64,000 nt of DNA from Octopus bimaculoides (lineage: Eukaryota), in contig NC_068982.1 in assembly GCF_001194135.2 (NCBI RefSeq), positions 27,837,841-27,901,840 on the forward strand. The letters run 5' to 3'. Below are positions 9,991-21,500 of this stretch, piece after piece. The position numbers and the translations under genes were made by a program. A model generated the notes under the pieces. The model had not been told where the DNA came from. It saw nothing but the letters and a program-made list of their open reading frames with translations, and did no database searches. How positions within the stretch are numbered: position 1 is the first letter of the stretch; the number at the start of each line of letters is the position of its first letter.

Positions 9991-12900
9991 CCCCAATACT
10001 TTCCTGCTGCTTATTTTATTTCACTAGAATGATGAAAGTTGGCCTTGGCAGAATTTCAACTCAGAAAGTAAAGACTGTAACTAAGTAACCCTAAAGTATT
10101 TTGCACAAAACTAACAAACCTGCTGACCTACTTCCCTCTACATAAAAATGTATCATACTAGCAATATTTTTGCCATTACAAAATGTATACTATTTTACTG
10201 ATTTTCTTTGAACCTACCCATCCATTCATATCACATACACATTATGTTCAAAGAGTGTATCAATGGACAAGTTAACATGACAGAAGAATATTTAAAAGCA
10301 GTAAAAAATGGCTTTTAAAAAAGTGATTAGTGAGCATTTTAAATGGTAAAAAATGACTGCCCTGTTTTATTTCAATCTATTTCAACTTTAATTTCTTTGC
10401 CAATATGGTTAATCAAATATTTAAGTCTAGTAAAATTAGCTGATCAGTAATTTGTTTAGATTAATATTTTATGAGTATCATTCTAATTGGCTTAATGGAA
10501 ATATAAAAAAAATTTTTATTATGATAAATTTTTTTTTATTTTGATAAATTTTTTTTTTATTATGATAAGTCACAATGACAATGCCATAATGGGAAAGTAA
10601 AAGAAAACTGCAGTTCATTGTGTACTGCTTATAAGAATTTGAAAGACTTCTTTTAAAGTCTTTCAAGAGAACAAAGAGATCACTCGCTTGATTTATAATA
10701 ATCATTTCTTTAAGAGATGCTCTTTGATTTATTTTATCTCACTGTTACTATGACTGGAAAAATTTTGCAAATTTGCATATGAATTGCTAAAGTAAATATC
10801 GTTAACAGAAGAATGTACTTTCAAATAAGTATTATTATGAAGAAATATACTTAATTCAGTTATCTAAGAAGAGGAGAATAATGAGCTTTAGAGAACACTC
10901 CATAATCTCCTTGCAAACAATGTAGCCATGTCTTCATTATATCATTAATGCATCAATTGTGAGATCATCAGTCAGAGAGTGAAATTCATTTCGTTGCTAT
11001 TATGTTAAACTGCCGTATGTCCAAATTTAGCCAAATGCGTTTTTTTCAATACTTATTTTTGCTTGCAATAGCTGGTTCTTTTGGTCAAACTATCGTATCT
11101 CCAGCTGCTTCAGATGCCAAGATATCAAAAATTGTCAAAGTGTAGTACAATGGTTTTGCTATGGAAAGGTGAAACTATTTTTTCGTTCTCTGAAAAGCAT
11201 GTTTTGGACTTACAACACTTTTGCATTATAGCAATGATTTATATTTACATGGTTTTGATAAGGGTTTTGATCAACTTGAGCTGTTTTTGTTTTTACATAT
11301 ATACATCTTAGACATACAGTGTGATAATTTAGCCTTTCCTAGAAAGTTAATGTTCTTCATTAGATGTAAAATATAACATGACCAGTTTTTGGTACATTTG
11401 TCTGTTTCAAGAAGTTTTATATCTAACCTCGTGTGACTGATATCCTTATACTGTGTAAGTCACAGTATTCTATCATTTTCACACTGACTGAAAATAAATA
11501 CAATTCTTGGAACAGAACATTCTGTAGCAGAAAATTTACAAGCTAAGATCAATCATATTTCCTCTATATCATATATCAGAAGTTGACTCTTTTGGTCTAT
11601 TCTTTCACTCTATAGACTTCCTGCCATAGTCCAAAATTATAATTTACAGGAACATTTTCTGAGAATTTTCAAAGAAAAATATGTAAGATTAATCATGATG
11701 TAACCTGTGGATTACATACAAGTCTTGTTGCCTAGTGTACATATACACACACATATAAACACAAGATTTGAATATAATCAGAAAATAAACCAAATAAAAA
11801 TGCAAACAGATACCAAAAGATAAAACAATTTCTAACATTTTAGCAATAAATTATCTCACAGATAAAGAAATAAGTATTTTATTTATAATATTATCAAACT
11901 GTATTTTGACTATTATTAGTTAATTTTATTTTTTTCCCTTTTTTGTCTATCAAACATGACATATCTATGAATAATTTTAAAATTATTTTGCATCACTTTT
12001 TGAAGTATATATATATAAAAAAAAAAAGTATCCAGAATAATTTATTATATGCAATGTTGTGTTTTTATCAATTTGAAAATGGAATATTATCTTAGTATAA
12101 ATAAATATCATCAACATCATTTAACTTCCTATGTTCCAAGGTGGTGTGTGTTGGATGTTTCTCTGTGTTGGATGGTCTTTCTCTATCCAATTCAAACTGC
12201 AATTTATCAGGAGCATCGTTTTTTAAATTGTCAAAGAATGCCAACACTTATATTCCCATACTCTTCTCCAGTACTCTCAAGGGTATGTTCTTGCACAAGG
12301 CTTCCCAATTAAAACCACTTGTACTCTCATTTTTCAAGCAAATTTCTAGCTAACTGCTTCTTTTTTCATTAGACTTATCCTGCCTAGCATTCCATCTAGT
12401 TTCAAAGTATAATAGTTGCTAGCTAAGTATTTTGTCTTCGATATCTTAACTAGTCTTATTTCCTTATTTCTTTGAAATATAATGCTTTCCCATCTTCATT
12501 GTTACCTGTTTGCACCAACCTCCAAATCCAATTTGGCTATGCAGTTGTATTTTATGATTTATTATACCTTTATAATTTCTGTTCACATTTCAAACAGTAT
12601 ATACCAAGACTACTTATTGTTATCTATCCAAAACTGTCTCTCTTACATGTTTGGGGGAGAGCAAGAGAGAGAGAGAGAGAGAGGAACAAGGAGAAATAGA
12701 GAAAGACAGATACACATATCTTACATACGTTTAGCCAATAGACCTCAACATCTGACCACCAATGCACAGTACATCTCAAGTCTCCTATATTGTTACAACA
12801 TTGTTACATCACCAGCTGTAATCTTTATTGTTCCTGAAGCCAGCATTCACATCAATCACTTTACAGGATATATAAATTATGCAGAAGCATGATGCATATA

Positions 12901-13032
12901 CTTACATGTGCATATCTGCATGTAAGCTGAGTATCAAAACAAATTTACAGACAACTACTAAGATGATTTATTTTTCATTTCCATCATTAAGAACATCTGC
13001 TTGTTACTGACAATTATTAGAAAGCTGATAAG

Positions 13033-13067
<35 letters not shown>

Positions 13068-13749
13068 CATTTGCTTCTTGTCATCATGCTGTTGAAAGCA
13101 TTAGTAAGCAAATGCAAAGCCTTATCTTCTAGTATTAATTCATATTTTTCAATGAAAAGCAATTTACATTACATTTTAAAGTTTTTAACTCTTTTTCATT
13201 TTCCTTTTGTATGGCATGTTTTCAACTTTTGCTTTTATTTCTATCTTTAAAAACTTCCATTATAGAAAATTATTTTAATGACAATTTTGGTGATAATGCT
13301 GCTGCTGCTAAAGTATCTGGAATCTACAGCTAATGATCTGTGTGCCACTCAAAGATTAGAATTAAAATACTGTTCGTTTATAGAAGGTATCAAGCATATT
13401 TTATCACAGGTATAGAAAACAATAGTTAGAGTGCATCAAAATAAGTGTCTTTTTAGTTTTTTTTTTGAAAGCGTGAGTTATTAGAGTATCCCAAAGTCTT
13501 AGCAGATCTTAAGTATAGAAAAAAAAAAAAGAAAACAAATTTAATTGCTCAAAATAACTAACTGGATGAGAAGCTTAATTACATGAAAAGATAAATTGTA
13601 TCAACAATGTTAATATATTTTCTCACTAGCCTCCAATAACAAATAAGACAGTTACAAGAAATAAACAGATCTTGACAATTATTGGCTGAGTTGGTTTTGA
13701 AGCTGTCCAGAAAATACGGCGACACTCTTGCAACTATGTTCAAGCATTA

Positions 13750-13772
13750 TGGTTGGTTGGTTGGTTGGTTGG

Positions 13773-13832
<60 letters not shown>
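13750..13832. repeat. (GGTT)n followed by (GT)n microsatellite
   Basis: Direct inspection. Confidence 0.95.
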
Positions 13833-13833
<1 letters not shown>

Positions 13834-14437
13834 CCATCTGTTTTTACTACTCTTAGATTAATAATTAGGGACAATTGGATGAGAATAGAGCGTTTGACGA
13901 TTAACTTGATTTGTTGCAGGTTAGAAGTTAGAGGGAAAATGCAGAGCATTTCAAAGAAATATGGTCTAGGGAAATAGGCTTGGTATGAGATTGGAGAGGT
14001 GAAACAATAAGGTAGCAGAAAAAACAAGCCAAGGGCATCCACTGAGATGGTACCTTCAGAAATTCAGAGGTTGTTAGAGTAGTGACAAAGATACAACTTC
14101 AATCAATGAAGTGTTGTATGTTAACAATGTTTCTTAATGAAAAAGGTAGGTAGCAGTTTTCAAGGAAGCAATCCAGAATGAATGTATACCCCATCCAAGC
14201 TGCAGGGGCAGTAATCAATCACCAAGCTTATATGCACCTTGAAAAAGGTAAATATCAAGTATTTCTGGATCTAAAAAGATATAGCCTATATCTATGCAAT
14301 TGGGAACTTCTTAAAAGTGGAAAATGTGAAGACAATGTCAAAAATGGTGTTATGTACTACAGAAAACACAGTACAACCAACACTTATACAAGCAAATGTC
14401 TTGTCTTTTCACACATAGCATATCTTTGTGAATAGAA

Positions 14438-14475
<38 letters not shown>

Positions 14476-14849
14476 AGCTGGATTAGCTTCAATCCTGTGT
14501 TGGGATTCCATCAGTGATTGAAACCCAGTTTAACTGTTCACAGTAGCACTTTAAAATCTGCAAATACTTGACTGAATTAAGCAGATCAAGCTGCATATTA
14601 TAATACATTCCTGGAAGTTAATTTGATTGATAAATCACTGGTGTACTAAAAAATGTTTTGTTCCACTGCTATTATGTACTAAAGAACATATACCTATAGA
14701 TTTTAGCCAATACTGTATGTAAGAAATATGATGTACTCTGCAGTGCATAATAACAGTAAAATGAAACACTTGACAAATTAATAATTTATTAATGTAGAAA
14801 AATATTAATGTTTCCTTGAAGTGTTGTCACTCTTGAGCAGGAGTTCATC

Positions 14850-15290
14850 ATTAAATAGTCTATGCAGAATGCTTCATAGCATTCTTCAGTGGAGGATGTT
14901 AAGCAAGTGGTTAGAGACACTATGTGAATGGTGCATACGTGTTGAATGAGAATTATGTAGGGGAAGATTCATCAGCATAGAAATAGATATGACATGTAAT
15001 GAGAGGAACGGTTACTAATATGAAAGAAGAAAAGGGGTCAGGCATATAATTGAATCTCGAGTAGAAGCTTGAGAGAACCCGACTCCTTTACAACAACAGT
15101 GATTTGGAAGAAGTAACTGAAATGATGAAGCCAATAATTTGGTAACTTTGCCAGTGATAGTCAGAAACCAAAATAATTTCAACAAGATCGTACTGATCAA
15201 GGAATGATTCTCAAATGAAGTGATTGAGATTCAAGGAATATTTACTTACAAGTTCATTAAAAATGATAATCCCTAACGACTTGTAAGTAG
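14850..15290 (-). mobile_element. Possible decayed L2/CR1-group LINE RT C-terminal relic
   Basis: KSLGIIIFNELVSKYSLNL resembles the KxLGIxFDxxLSW motif; many stops. Confidence 0.3.
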
Positions 15291-15375
15291 AGAGAGGGGA
15301 GCAGAGAGTGAAAGAAGGAGACACACACACACACACACACTGAAAGACAAAAAAGGTGAGAGACAAATTGTGTGT

Positions 15376-15410
<35 letters not shown>

Positions 15411-16074
15411 TCAACCCAGCAATGATGAAAATAACTGCATTGAAATTGATTTGGTTATGTTAGTTTTGAAGGATCATACTGTTTGTTACAATTAACAGCT
15501 TTGAACAAAGCAGTGAAAAGAGAAAAAAAAAAGGAATATATTTGCATATGAGTGTAGGCAAGCTTTTGTATGAATGTGCACGCATTGCACTCGTAAGAAC
15601 AAGTGGAGTGTAAAGATGTGTAGACTTTTGGCTTTAGCTTCAAGGATACTGCTAATAGAATTGGGTTGAAAAATTGTGGGAAAGACAATTTGGCAAAATT
15701 GGTAAAAACTGTTTTGGCCAAAAGCCAAAAGGCTTAACTGAAATTAGGAAACTGAGAACCTATAAGCTATGATTATAAAAAGATAACTTCCACACCTTTC
15801 ATATCTTTGGTGCAAGAGTTTATTCAGTTCAATATAAAAACCAATAAAAATAAGTACATAACATACTTCAGTTTGATAAAAACATGAATTATGGCTATTT
15901 CTACGTTCTGTACTAACACATTGTCTTTTACATGTGAAAAAGACAAAAGAGACAATAAAACTTTTGTTTACTGAGATTGCTTTCCGTTTTTTAAAATTAA
16001 TTTTTGAACTGCTTAGTTCAAAAATAAGTGTCAGGATAAGAGTTTAGTAAACTTCAGTTCAAATGAAATATTAG

Positions 16075-16275
16075 TTCCAAATTTTGGCAGATGGCCAGTA
16101 ATTTTGGGGGAGGGGTTAAGTCAATTACTTTGACCCTAGTGCTTGACTTATTTCATCGATGCTGGAAGAATAAACAGCAAAAATCAACCTTGGTGGAATT
16201 TGAACTCAGAATGTAAAGAGACGAAATACCATTAAACATTTTGCCGGGTGTGCTAATGATTCTGCCAGCTTGCTT
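16075..16275 (+). mobile_element. Nin/Deu-like-domain SINE copy
   Basis: ggccagtaattttgggg..cttatttcatcgat..aatcaaccttggtggaatttgaactcagaatgtaaag..ctaatgattctgccagc. Confidence 0.8.
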
Positions 16276-16484
16276 GCTCACTTCTCAACAAATATTAACA
16301 TGCAAAATATAAGGGAAAAAGTGTTTAAATGAGTAAGGTACCTAAAAATCGAGTATTTTCTCTTCTAAAGAAATAGACTGGTATTGAAAATAACTTGAAA
16401 TGATATAGTTAGCCCAATATGTCCATAGTCTAACTGAATATCTCAACATTGTCTTTACACATATTTTGAATATGTACATATATG

Positions 16485-16705
16485 TATATTGGTTTCAAAT
16501 TTTTTCACAAGGCCAGCAATTTCAGGGGAGGGGACAAGTTGATTACATTGACCCCCACAGATTAACTGGTCCTTATTTTATCAAACCCAGAAGGATAAAA
16601 GGCAAAGTCAACCTCAGCACAATTTGAACTCAGAATGTAAAAGACAGATGAAATGCCACTAAGCATTTTGCCCTGCATGCTAACTACTCTACCAGCTTGT
16701 TGCCT
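16485..16705 (+). mobile_element. Nin/Deu-like-domain SINE copy
   Basis: Same family and orientation, about 200 bp from the previous copy. Confidence 0.8.
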
Positions 16706-17908
16706 TGAATATATACATAATATATTAGTTCAATTAAAATTTTGTTGTCTGGAAGAATTTACAAATAATGACAATATCAAAATAACTTTATGGCAACACA
16801 GAATATAAATGATGTTGGCACTTTGTTGAGTGTCGTATAGCTTATACATCCTGTCCACATGCATAAAACTTGTATTTTCTTTTCTTTGCACATAAATTAT
16901 AAGCAGTTTACAGATGTGGCAGAAAAGCTGTGAGATCTAATGTAAAAGTCTATAAACTAAATTCAAGATTTCTTAGAAAATTTTAATTTTGAAAACTGCT
17001 TATCATGTAAACACTAAATTTTAACTTGTCATTAAGCTAAAAGAAAACATCTGCCGGAATATGTATTCATTGTGACCTATATTTGCATTGTTACATTTAT
17101 AAAAATATTGCATTTAGTCATATTTTTCTCTATACCTTTGAAACGTCTATATTGTCAGAACTGAAGGAAACTAATTTGAATACACACATACACAATGATG
17201 TGTGTGTGTGTGTGAAGTAATGCAGTCCTAAATGGAATAAGGTTTCTTAAATCTTTTATTATTATTACTGAAATGCTGCAGATAAACTGGGAGCAATGTG
17301 CTAGTGTTGCTGCAGAAATGATAGTAGAAAGTATATTAGTGAGCTCGAGAGGAAAGCTGGGTTACGAACAGGTCAATAGAATGTAGTTGACAGATGTTTG
17401 GTTAAGAGAGTAGAGGAAGAAAACTACTTGATGATGAAACACTTCTATTGCACAGCTACTTCTATATTAGCAAACTAAGTATGATTCCAGGGTACAGTAA
17501 GGTTGTTAGATGTTATGCTAAGGATACATATTAGATTTACAAATTACAATCTATGAGAAAAAAAAAAAAAAAAATTTAGTTTCCTTTTGAAGTTCAAAAT
17601 GGTTGGACATTTTCTAATAACAAGCAGCAGTATTTTCTATTGATAAGACTGTAGTGTTATATACATTGTCTACCATGACTATCACTGAGTACAGTTTGAA
17701 GTAATTACTGAAAGTAGATTAGAAATGAGTCAAGGAAAATAGTAAAGTGAGAAGGAGCTAAGGAACTAATGCTCTTATAAATTAGATTTTCAATTACACT
17801 CTCATTGGCAACAAATGTAGTTTAACTGATGTTGAATGACATATTTTAGCAAAGATATAACCATTTTTATGAATTTGTGTTGCAAGATTCCTAATGTGAA
17901 ACTGTGCT

Positions 17909-18323
17909 GAAACAGATATTGTTGTATTTCGGGATGGTCATTTTGCTTTTTTGGCCAACACACACACTATACATATTCGGTCTTCACTGGTTTATTACTG
18001 TTCTTATTCTAACTCATGTCAATTGCCAGAGATCTTTCGTCACATCTGTGACCTCTTCAGTGAAGACCTTTTCTGTCCTCGTGTGTGCTCCTGCTCCACT
18101 TAATCCATCAGAGAATGGATTAAGCAGAGCAAAAACACACACGAGGACAGAAAGTATCACTAAAGGAGTCACAGATGTGTGACAAAAAGACTTCCGGACA
18201 ATAGACATGAGTTATAATAAGAACACTAATTAATGAGTGAAAAACAAATATATAGTGCGTGTGTTTATTTGGTGGTGGGGGAAATGACCATCCCAAAATA
18301 CAACAATAAACCTTACTGTTTTG
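17909..18323. repeat. Long fold-back inverted repeat (about 200-bp arms, 6-nt loop at 18109-18114); probable long-TIR non-autonomous element
   Basis: Arm-to-arm alignment by hand, e.g. tttctgtcctcgtgtgtg / cacacacgaggacagaaa and gggatggtcattt / aaatgaccatccc. Confidence 0.92.
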
Positions 18324-18504
18324 AAATTTTTCCATATCCTAAAAGACTGGAGGTTTACTATAAAAGCCAGCGTTTTTAACCTGTAAAGCCTATTCTGATG
18401 AAAGAGTATGAAATTTTTGATATCTGGTATGTTATTTGGAAGCTATATTTAATATAACACCAAGATCATTTCATTCTCAGAGATATTTCTCTCAAAGATT
18501 CAGG

Positions 18505-18670
18505 CAGAGCTGTTTGGTTAAGAAATTTGCAACCACATGGCTCCAGGTTTGGTCCCACTGCATGACACTTTAAGCAATTATCTTTTGCCATGGGTTAAGC
18601 TTGATCAATGCCTTGTTAAGTAGAATTTGGTGAAGGCTCATCATGCACGTGTGTGTGTGTGTGTGTGTGT
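18505..18670 (+). mobile_element. tRNA-derived SINE head plus (GT)n
   Basis: gctgtttggttaagaaatttgcaaccacatggctccaggtttggtcccactgcatgacactttaagcaa. Confidence 0.75.
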
Positions 18671-19698
18671 ATTATTTAGTCATGTAAATTGGTAAAAAGA
18701 TATAAACTTTGGCAAGAAAACTGCTAAAACCAGCACTTTCAAACAAAATAACCTATTGCATCTGTTTCCCCCAATTTGTATGGAGGCTTGCTTGTCACAT
18801 TTGCCATCCTAAAGGCAGTGAATCAACTAGAGATTGGCCGTTGGAAAAATATATCCAACACGGCTATTGTTCACAAAATATGATAAAAAATTAATAATAA
18901 ATAACACAGATGGTTTCAAAGAGACAACTGATTTGTGATTTTTGTGGTGTTTAGTTGAGATAACTACTATTCATTGATTTGCTGATTTTGTTCATGATGG
19001 TTGGTAAATATACTCTAAATGTGTTTAATTAGAGAGATGTGAAAAGACTCAAGGCATTAATGGTCATCTGCATTACCATAGGAAGTTGTAAGATGATAAA
19101 TATGTTAAATGCAAAATCTATTTAGAATAGAAAGTTTAATAAGTCATATTGTTCAGATTAAAAAAGAAAATTATCAATTGAAGCTGCATGAGAAGTCAGA
19201 GATTATCTGGCCTTGCATTTATATTGACTTAGAAGATTTTTAGCTTGTTCATGCATAGAGAGAATGTAACTTGAAACTACCTTCTTCAAGGTGATAGAAA
19301 TTAGGTGTTAGTGCTATTAAAAATGTCCTGGTCAGTTATGTTACCCTTGGAGAATATTTTGAGGTTTCTGTACAAGGTTAAAAAGTTTGCTTTGCATCTG
19401 TATGATTTCAGGTTCTGTCCAAATGGGTGGCACCTTGAGCAAGTGTCTTCTAGCCTTGGGAAGACTTGCACAGTAATGCAAGTCTAGCTTAAGGTGTCTA
19501 GTAGTGCATAGGTGTTGTTAGAGGGGGTAATACATCAAAGTGCAGAAGAAGAACTAAAGATAGCCAAAACTGCAGCAGGGTTGGCAAGAGTGTGGCTTAG
19601 AAGTGGAAAGACTAGATTGATTTCATAAAAAATAGGTTATGGGGAAAGGAAAATCAAAAATGTGATTTTCACCAAATTCAGCTACTGTGATGAAGATA

Positions 19699-20560
19699 CA
19701 AGGTGGTATCAAAAAGTTCCCAGACTAGTTAGATTTGATAAAAAAACAAACTTATTTACCTAAGTTTTAACATCATCATCTTTGAAATAGTCACCTTGCA
19801 CAGCAATACACTGGTCCCAGCATTCCTGCCACTTTTGGAATCCGGCCTGGAAGTCGTTTCAATAAGCGAGTTAAAGACCTTCTGGGATTTGCTCTTAATC
19901 TAAACAATGGTGCCAAAATGGTGACCTTTGAGCTGCCTTCATTTTAGGGAAGAGTTGGAAGTCTGCAGGTGCTAAATCTGGTGAATAGAGTGGATGTGGA
20001 AGCGGTACCATTTTAATTTTGGTGAGAAACTCACAAGTGAGGAGAGCCTGGTGACAGGGTGCATTGTTGTCATGAAGAATCCAATTCTTTGCGCTTCACA
20101 GATCTGATTGCTTTAATCAAATGTCCTCTCTCATTGATTGTCCTTTCACCGATCATCATGCACAATCTAATTAATTTTCTCCACATTTCCGGGGATGATG
20201 CTCATGGAAGGTCTTCCAGGTCACTCATCTCCCAAGGATGTTCTTCCACTTTTGAAGTGCCTGTGCCACTAGAAACATTGCATACAATCCATTGTTGCCG
20301 TAGCTTGTTGAAGCATGCTCAATGTCTCTGCAGTAGACTTCTCAAGTTTATTGCAAAATTTTACATTGGCTCTTTGTTCCAACTTCCAGACCATGACAAA
20401 AATCACAGATTACAGCAAATATGTGATCAGAAAAACACAAATTTCACAACTTGCGAAGTAAACACAGCAATGTCACTTGGCACATTGAATGCGCAACCAT
20501 CTGCTGCCATCTGTTGGTGCATTACAGAACTAGTCCGGGAACTTTTTGATACCACCTTCA
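19699..20560 (-). mobile_element. Internally deleted mariner (Tc1/mariner) DNA transposon
   Basis: About 31-bp TIRs aaggtggtatcaaaaagttccc(a/g)gactagtt at 19700-19730 and 20528-20558; TA on the left. Minus strand gives MVWKLEQRANVKFC..KSGRTSLGDE*PGRPS (ATG 20394) joined near 20130 to WILHDNNAPCH..PHPLYSPDLAPADFQLFPKMK..WDQCIAVQGDYF. Confidence 0.95.
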
Positions 20561-20944
20561 CTTAAATAAAGAAGTGTGATCTGATAGAAGAAAATAAAAT
20601 GTGATTGTGTGATTAGGAAAATGTGATTAGGAAGTTTGCTTCACTACTGTATGGTTTCAGATTCCATCCATCTGGGTGAGACCATGAGCTAGTGTCTTCT
20701 AGTCTTGAGCAGACCAATGCCATGTAAGATTTGGTAGACACAAATTGTATGTAAATGTGACGTGTGATTATGTGTGTACACATGCTTATAGTGGATTCTC
20801 CTGTCGGCTATGCAGCATGAGGATGCAATAACCATTATCGTAACTGTTTGACTACCCACACAGATGGTGAAGGCTTGTGAAAGACCAGCTACACTTTTTG
20901 GAAATCTTGATAGTAGAAAGTTGCTATCAAATAGAGTCCTCCCT

Positions 20945-21150
20945 CCCTCCACACACACAAACCCCCACACAGACATGTGCACACACAAACTGACATACAC
21001 ATGCACACAAACTCCAACACAGACACATGCACACACAAACTGACATGCATGCACGCACTCCCACACACGCACGCATGCACTCTCATACACATACACACGT
21101 CCACACTCACACACACATGCACACTCCCACACACACACACACACATACAG
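20945..21150. repeat. Compound (CA)n/(CACG)-rich microsatellite
   Basis: Direct inspection; explains the spurious Cys/Val-rich ORFs. Confidence 0.9.
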
Positions 21151-21189
21151 ATCAATATAGACACGTGTTTCAGCCAAAAGGCTAGACAC

Positions 21190-21500
21190 CTTTTTGTGTA
21201 GAGCTGTAGTGTCAATGAACTCATTTGGCAAATTTATTTGCAAGTGTCCCAATGGAGATGTGAAAACAATCTTGTATTACATATTCAGTATTTCACTTAT
21301 CCTTTGGAGATCTGCATTCAGTGAGCCATTTTCTTTGAACAGTGATCCTATCTTGTATTGTATTGAAGCAGACTTTTGCAAATCTAATAGAAGGCTTTAG
21401 GATTTGTCTTTACATTTTTTACAGCCCTGGCCCCTCTTATTTTCATGGAAGTGTTCGAGTTCATTTTAAACAGTGCTTGTTTGAGATACAGTTCCTCACT
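21190..21500 (-). mobile_element. CR1/L2-group LINE fragment (linker upstream of the RT)
   Basis: Minus strand AVKNVKTNPKAFY..YKIGSLFKENGSLNADLQRISEILNM*YKIVFTSP fits the NPKxF..IGPL..G.L..D..EILN..F.SVFT motif. Confidence 0.7.

Noticed and set aside
10700-11350. Higher-complexity stretch that might be a decayed DNA transposon (IVLHFD-like fragment on minus)
   Set aside because: No TIR pair, TSD or convincing catalytic motif could be established by eye.
20059-20565. 168-aa plus-strand ORF, the longest clean non-LINE ORF
   Set aside because: Antisense shadow of the mariner transposase relic; no protein motif of its own.
20689-21252. Cys/Val- and His/Thr-rich ORFs here, and similar ones at 7055-7469, 13740-14042, 23599-23970, 28240-28519 and 63599-63990
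   Set aside because: Translations of microsatellites and low-complexity DNA.
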